Positions 57,179 through 59,613 of a stretch of DNA of 59,613 nucleotides are shown here, piece by piece. How positions within the stretch are numbered: position 1 is the stretch's first letter; each line of letters begins with the position of its first letter. The stretch comes from a virus. Lineage: Duplodnaviria; Caudoviricetes. Location of the stretch: the IMG/VR virus record IMGVR_UViG_3300031578_000031, positions 1 to 59,613 of that record. One strand, written 5' to 3'. A program made the translations under genes and the position numbers. The notes under the pieces were generated by a model that was not told where the DNA came from, searched no databases, and saw only the letters and a list, made by a program, of their open reading frames with translations.

Positions 57179-57423
57179 GACATTCCTTAATCATACAAGT
57201 ATTGGCAGCAGCCATAATGACCGGAATTGTATGGGTGTGGATAGAAATGTTCGGACTTATAGATAGAGACGATGGATGGTTTATTGTAGGGGCTACTTAT
57301 CCAACATACATTACGCTCTGCACGATACTCGCAGACATCATTGAAAACATAAAGATAAAACTATGGGATTACAATCGCTCCCCACGCTCACAGAAGCGGA
57401 AAGGAAAATCGCCTTCTCGGTAG
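57175..57423 (+). CDS. Small membrane protein
   Basis: Two hydrophobic segments; ATGA coupling to the previous gene. Confidence 0.55.
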   Translation: MRHSLIIQVLAAAIMTGIVWVWIEMFGLIDRDDGWFIVGATYPTYITLCTILADIIENIKIKLWDYNRSPRSQKRKGKSPSR

Positions 57424-57707
57424 CAGTAGCACTAAAAGCTAACCATACCGGCCAAGCCAAGGCTATCTCAAATTCTAAGATGGTAAAAGCCTTGGCTAAG
57501 GTCCAGGTGAAAACATCTGATACTGTAATGCGGAAAATCATAAATTATTTGCGCCACGAAGGAAAACCTATCTGCTCCGGATCAAGCGGATATTGGTGGG
57601 CAGCAAATAAAAACGAGTTGGCAGAATGTCTCGCTGCCCTAAAAGATAGGGTAGAAGCACAGATAGCTACATTAAATCAATTGAAGGAAATTTATCAAAA
57701 CTACTAA
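57363..57707 (+). CDS. Putative winged-helix DNA-binding protein
   Basis: AISNSKM...DTVMRKIINYLRHEGKPICSGSSGYW. Confidence 0.7.
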   Translation: MGLQSLPTLTEAERKIAFSVAVALKANHTGQAKAISNSKMVKALAKVQVKTSDTVMRKIINYLRHEGKPICSGSSGYWWAANKNELAECLAALKDRVEAQIATLNQLKEIYQNY

Positions 57708-57708
57708 A

Positions 57709-58056
57709 ATGGAACAGAACATAGATTACGAAGGCCTACCAAAGGCAGAAGATATTGGACGCATCCGTAAAATGCTATCTTGCCTTGAGTCACCCAGTCG
57801 AAGATTGATTCTTTCCATCCTTATGGATGGCAAGCGTCATAAATTCGTAAGATTGGCTGAGGCTTGCGAAAACACAATGGAGAACCCTCCAAAACACATC
57901 TACTCAGACATCGGGACTCACCTGCGCTATATGCTAAAGGTAGGTCTCGTAGAGAAGCACGACAAGGGAAAAAACTCCGTAAAAGGAGCATACTATTCTC
58001 TTGACCCAAACAAAATCAAGGAAATTAATTTATTCATCAACACGTCAAATCTATAA
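57709..58056 (+). CDS. ArsR-like winged-helix protein
   Basis: LESPSRRLILSIL...IGTHLRYMLKVGLVE...YYSL. Confidence 0.7.
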   Translation: MEQNIDYEGLPKAEDIGRIRKMLSCLESPSRRLILSILMDGKRHKFVRLAEACENTMENPPKHIYSDIGTHLRYMLKVGLVEKHDKGKNSVKGAYYSLDPNKIKEINLFINTSNL

Positions 58057-58062
58057 ATCATC

Positions 58063-58929
58063 ATGGGAGAAATATCCAGCACAAGTAAGAATAGATCTTA
58101 CTACGAAATAAACGGGCAGCAGAAATGCATCCTAAAATATGTAAAAGGGGAAGAGAACATCCCTATCAAAGGCCTTGAAGGATACCTTCAAGATATTACC
58201 CTAAAGAAAGGCCAAAAGCCGAATGGAGATATTGTATTTTCCTACCGACTTGTACTAACAGAAGAAAGAGACCCAAGCCATGAAGATGAGGAGATGGTGT
58301 TATCATTCAAGGAAGGTACATACCTCACCGAACGAATCATCAATACCATGCTTGGCATTGATAGACCTGAGAAGCTAACTATCCTTGTATATCCGTCAAA
58401 TGGCATCAAAGATAGCCCAGGCGTTATGATTAAAATCGACAACAAGCCTGTCACTTTTAAATTTGACGTATGGGATGATCAACTACGGGGCTATAAAGGC
58501 ATCCCTGGCGGCAAGCCTGAAGGCCGTATCCAATTTTGGAGAGACCAAATGTTCAAGGAAATTTATGTTAACCTTCTCGGAAGAGAATGGGATGGTGAGA
58601 TTGAGCTTGACTACGCTCTAACCCAAGGAAAAACCACCTCAGCACCAAAAGAGGAAATTGGCTGTTCCGTTGATGCTATCCTTGCCCTGAATACCATCAA
58701 GAAAAAATTGCCAGGATACGAAGCAGCAGGAGACCATATCGCTTTGTGTAAAGCATGGGCAGATATGGTAAAATTCATCCAATCAAAAAGTACCTCCCCA
58801 GGAGATGCTAAAATCTTGGATGATGCCCTCCTCGAAGCACAAACCGTATTAGATAGAATTTGTCCTGCCGGTTCCCCTATGAAGTTAGAGAAGGATGGTA
58901 CCTATGGGGCAGAAGACTTGCCATTCTAA
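58063..58929 (+). CDS. Putative single-stranded DNA-binding protein
   Basis: Beta-rich OB-like N-terminus and an acidic C-terminal EDLPF tail. Confidence 0.55.
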   Translation: MGEISSTSKNRSYYEINGQQKCILKYVKGEENIPIKGLEGYLQDITLKKGQKPNGDIVFSYRLVLTEERDPSHEDEEMVLSFKEGTYLTERIINTMLGIDRPEKLTILVYPSNGIKDSPGVMIKIDNKPVTFKFDVWDDQLRGYKGIPGGKPEGRIQFWRDQMFKEIYVNLLGREWDGEIELDYALTQGKTTSAPKEEIGCSVDAILALNTIKKKLPGYEAAGDHIALCKAWADMVKFIQSKSTSPGDAKILDDALLEAQTVLDRICPAGSPMKLEKDGTYGAEDLPF

Positions 58930-59039
58930 TGAATATAATCAGAAATATTTTAGGTATAATAGTGGCAGTCGTATTGGCTGCCACGCTTGCCTTGACTATC
59001 AAAATAATCATAGACCTATGCAAGAATTTATATCAATAG
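58929..59039 (+). CDS. 36-aa single-TM peptide (below the ORF-track cutoff)
   Basis: MNIIRNILGIIVAVVLAATLALTIKIIIDLCKNLYQ. TAATG coupling to the upstream stop codon. Confidence 0.5.
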   Translation: MNIIRNILGIIVAVVLAATLALTIKIIIDLCKNLYQ

Positions 59040-59410
59040 AAGAGGTAAGGAGACAAGTTCTCATACTTCGCCGAAACTACCGAGTAAACGTACAGAAGAA
59101 TCTCAATGGAGACTTCCAAGTGTACGTTATGAAAAACAGCGATGTCCTTGCTCACATTGAAGTGTTATTCAACTCTGATAAGAACCACTATGTAGTGGAT
59201 TGGGTAAGTGCAACGGGTAAAATGTTGGGTAAAGGGAAATTACTATACTACATGGCTATGGATGAGGCATTCCCTCGATTCCTTAGTTCCGGAATCCGTA
59301 CAAACCAAAAGGCCAATAGCGTATGGGATGCTATTGAAAAATTGGCCGAGAAAGGGAAAATTGTAAAATCTGAGAAGGGCTATAAGCTCCATTCAAAAAT
59401 CGGAGAATAA
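59018..59410 (+). CDS. Hypothetical protein, possible GNAT fold
   Basis: YVVDWVSA...GKGKLLYYMAM...SSGIRTNQKANSVW resembles acetyl-CoA binding motifs A/B. ATG at 59018. Confidence 0.45.
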   Translation: MQEFISIEEVRRQVLILRRNYRVNVQKNLNGDFQVYVMKNSDVLAHIEVLFNSDKNHYVVDWVSATGKMLGKGKLLYYMAMDEAFPRFLSSGIRTNQKANSVWDAIEKLAEKGKIVKSEKGYKLHSKIGE

Positions 59411-59613
59411 TGGGGCTACCTAAAAAATCTTACAAGAAAAACAGTGATATTGTACCGGAGCTGACAACAGTGTTGTCATTTTCAGGTGGACTGTCTTCCG
59501 CAAGGATGTTATCTCTATGGGGGAATGCAGTGGATCATGTGATTTTTGCCAATACTGGGAAGGAACATCCTGGCACACTGGACTTCGTTAGAGATTGCGA
59601 GCAACACTTTAAC
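59410..59613 (+). CDS. PAPS reductase / PP-loop family protein (3' truncated)
   Basis: Translates as MGLPKK...VLSFSGGLSSARML...VIFANTGKEHPGTLDFVRDCEQHFN and runs off the end of the window. Confidence 0.85.
   Translation, partial: MGLPKKSYKKNSDIVPELTTVLSFSGGLSSARMLSLWGNAVDHVIFANTGKEHPGTLDFVRDCEQHFN

Larger units (their letters stand above)
1..59613 (+). mobile_element. Fragment of a tailed phage genome with a crAss-like virion module, probable Bacteroidota host
   Basis: Co-oriented terminase-portal-scaffold-capsid-ring-muzzle-cargo order. Phage replication genes present. No host housekeeping synteny. Bacteroidota-type promoters. Confidence 0.93.

Noticed and set aside
1-59613. Stop-codon reassignment as in some crAss-like phages
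   Set aside because: Genes are long and tightly packed under the standard code, and TAG and TGA serve as real stops.

Overview
The whole window is part of a tailed dsDNA phage genome, very probably infecting Bacteroidota: it has TTTG-N20-TAnnTTTG promoters and a DLPF-ending SSB-like protein. All credible protein genes lie on the + strand and use the standard code. From left to right: a non-coding, possibly terminal or packaging region; an accessory block (HTH regulators, GroEL, a tRNA-like RNA, RuvA, an HD/DUF5662-like protein, RusA, one single and one tandem GroES-like protein); a crAss-like podovirus virion block (terminase, portal, scaffold, major capsid, ring proteins, muzzle/tail stabiliser, cargo proteins); a 4120-aa polyvalent protein (ParB-like, SF2 helicase, zincin and LPD38-like parts) where Crassvirales usually encode a virion RNA polymerase; tail spike/fibre genes; a patatin-holin pair; and a lambdoid-style replication module (initiator with internal palindromic iterons, DnaB, DnaG, SSB-like), ending in a truncated PAPS-reductase-like gene. 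The most notable signals are: (1) an integron-like attC/cassette array between dnaB and dnaG; (2) a probable -1 frameshift fusing a membrane protein to a domain whose gene carries a phased GAAAC repeat array; (3) FlbD/SwrD-like repeats shared by a tail spike and a stand-alone protein; (4) a 122-nt tRNA-mimic; (5) a steep G/T strand-skew gradient starting near the left end. All family assignments come from motif recognition by eye; no database search was run.
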